This document shows positions 43,001 to 44,052 of a stretch of DNA of 44,052 bases, in pieces; the first letter of the stretch is position 1; each line of letters opens with the position of its first letter. Source of the DNA: Macrostomum lignano (lineage: Eukaryota); assembly GCA_002269645.1 (NCBI GenBank), contig NIVC01002107.1:1-44052 (forward strand), written 5' to 3'. The notes beneath the pieces are model-generated. The model was not told where the DNA came from. It did no database searches and worked only from the letters and a program-made list of their open reading frames with translations. The position numbers and the translations under genes were made by a program.

Positions 43001-43133
43001 CAAGTTTTGTCCAAAGCAGACATCTTCAAGGCAAATGAGCTATTGAAAACACAAACGAGAATGTATTTAAATTAAATAAAAAATATTGACCAAACAAAAA
43101 ACAGAAAGAACAAAAAACATGTACATGCTATAA

Positions 43134-43453
43134 CATACATGCGCAACAGTCAGCCGAGTCGACCAATTCGGCCAACCGATTTGGCAGCCAACCAAGGAAG
43201 TTGCAAAAATGCCCACCCAAAAAAATACCAAATTAGTAGTACTAAGTAGCTGATGAGTTATTTTGACTTAATATGACAGTCATAGTTACTCCTGCCATTT
43301 ACCCAAAGTTGCATTAATTTTGCATTAGGGTTTTTTTACATGTAAGTCACATTTTTGGCTGAAAACTACATTGCATTTTTGTTAAAACTAAGTCGCATTT
43401 TTGTTAAAACTAAGTCGCATGGCCGACCAAATTTTGGAAGTTGCGCATGTATG
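43134..43453. mobile_element. MITE with 14-bp TIRs and an 8-bp TSD (hAT- or P-type)
   Basis: TIRs CATACATGCGCAAC/GTTGCGCATGTATG; TSD TGCTATAA at 43126-43133 and 43454-43461; internal tandem duplication of CATTTTTGTTAAAACTAAGTCG. Confidence 0.85.
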
Positions 43454-43525
43454 TGCTATAAACTTTTAACTAACAAACCAATCAGTTAAAAGGGTGCACC
43501 CATCTCACCACTGCGCACAATGAGA

Positions 43526-43900
43526 TCAAAAAATTCTGAGTTGTTGCTCTATACCTTTACTCACAAGCTGAACATTTAAGCTAGGATTGTACTTCCTAAT
43601 GTATGTAGCCTCCAACGATTTTAGTTTTCTATCATTGTTACATCCATCCATCACCTTGAACAACTGCATAGGCTCACAGTCACAACACGCCTTGCACACG
43701 AATAGGTGGTCTTTAATGGCCAAAGACCTAAGCCAGTGCTCCCTTACCCTCTGGTGTAGATGCCGTTTAGTTTTTCCAATATAGGAAACACCCTGATCAA
43801 CAGAGCATTGAAATTGATAGACGACACCAGCCTTAAGTGGGAGAAGAACACTAGATTTGAGTCTGCTTGCATAGCGCGCAATCTTTTCAGTCCTGAACAC
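43526..43900 (-). mobile_element. Penelope-like element GIY-YIG endonuclease fragment (no RT visible)
   Basis: GVVYQFQC..SYIGKTKRHLHQRVREH..LEATYIRKYNPSLN matches the Penelope endonuclease motif order; the DNA upstream on the minus strand is non-coding AT-rich sequence. Confidence 0.85.
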
Positions 43901-44052
43901 AACTCTAGAAAATGCTTCTAGAAAACTGAAAACTATTGCAAAATTAAAGGAATATAACTAAAGGTAGTAAATACAATGGAATATAAATATATTTCTGGTA
44001 GAGTAGCTCGCTTAATAAATAAAGATAAAAAGAATGAAAACAAACATATTGA

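Noticed and set aside
43250-43300. Hammerhead ribozyme near the Penelope fragment (CTGATGAG)
   Set aside because: There is no stem II followed by GAAA, and it is on the strand opposite the Penelope ORF, inside a MITE.

Overview
Eukaryotic (invertebrate animal) genomic DNA: spliced GT-AG genes with GC-rich exons sit in AT-rich, repeat-rich spacers. The style and gene content suggest a free-living flatworm such as Macrostomum, but that is a guess. Genes reconstructed by hand with matching splice phases: (1) two paralogous secreted PAN/apple + F-type lectin genes (3660-4490 +, intact; 18664-19512 -, two 1-bp frameshifts); (2) an 8-exon nicotinic acetylcholine receptor alpha subunit (8710-15204 +) with a GC-AG intron; (3) a PAN-like + fibrinogen-domain gene (22363-23843 +); (4) a 3-exon atypical Rho-family GTPase with substituted catalytic and switch residues but an intact CAAX box (26874-28308 +); (5) the main finding, a 3-exon gene of about 1170 aa (30818-35979 +) that joins about ten 33-aa helical repeats, three ankyrin repeats, a Mab-21/cGAS-like nucleotidyltransferase with an apparently intact catalytic triad and a C-terminal extension, i.e. 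a cGAS-like receptor (cGLR) that the ORF track splits into unrelated-looking pieces; (6) a WSC + PAN-like secreted gene (37787-38630 +). Repeats include a decayed RTE-like LINE, a Gypsy protease/RT fragment, a Penelope GIY-YIG fragment, an internally deleted Tc1-like element, several MITEs, tRNA-derived SINEs (one with a MIR/CORE-like domain), a (TTAG)n tract, a TTAGGG-containing satellite, a perfect 15-bp minisatellite and a 700-bp-arm inverted duplication carrying a cryptic decayed ORF. All identifications come from motif recognition by eye; no database searches were run.
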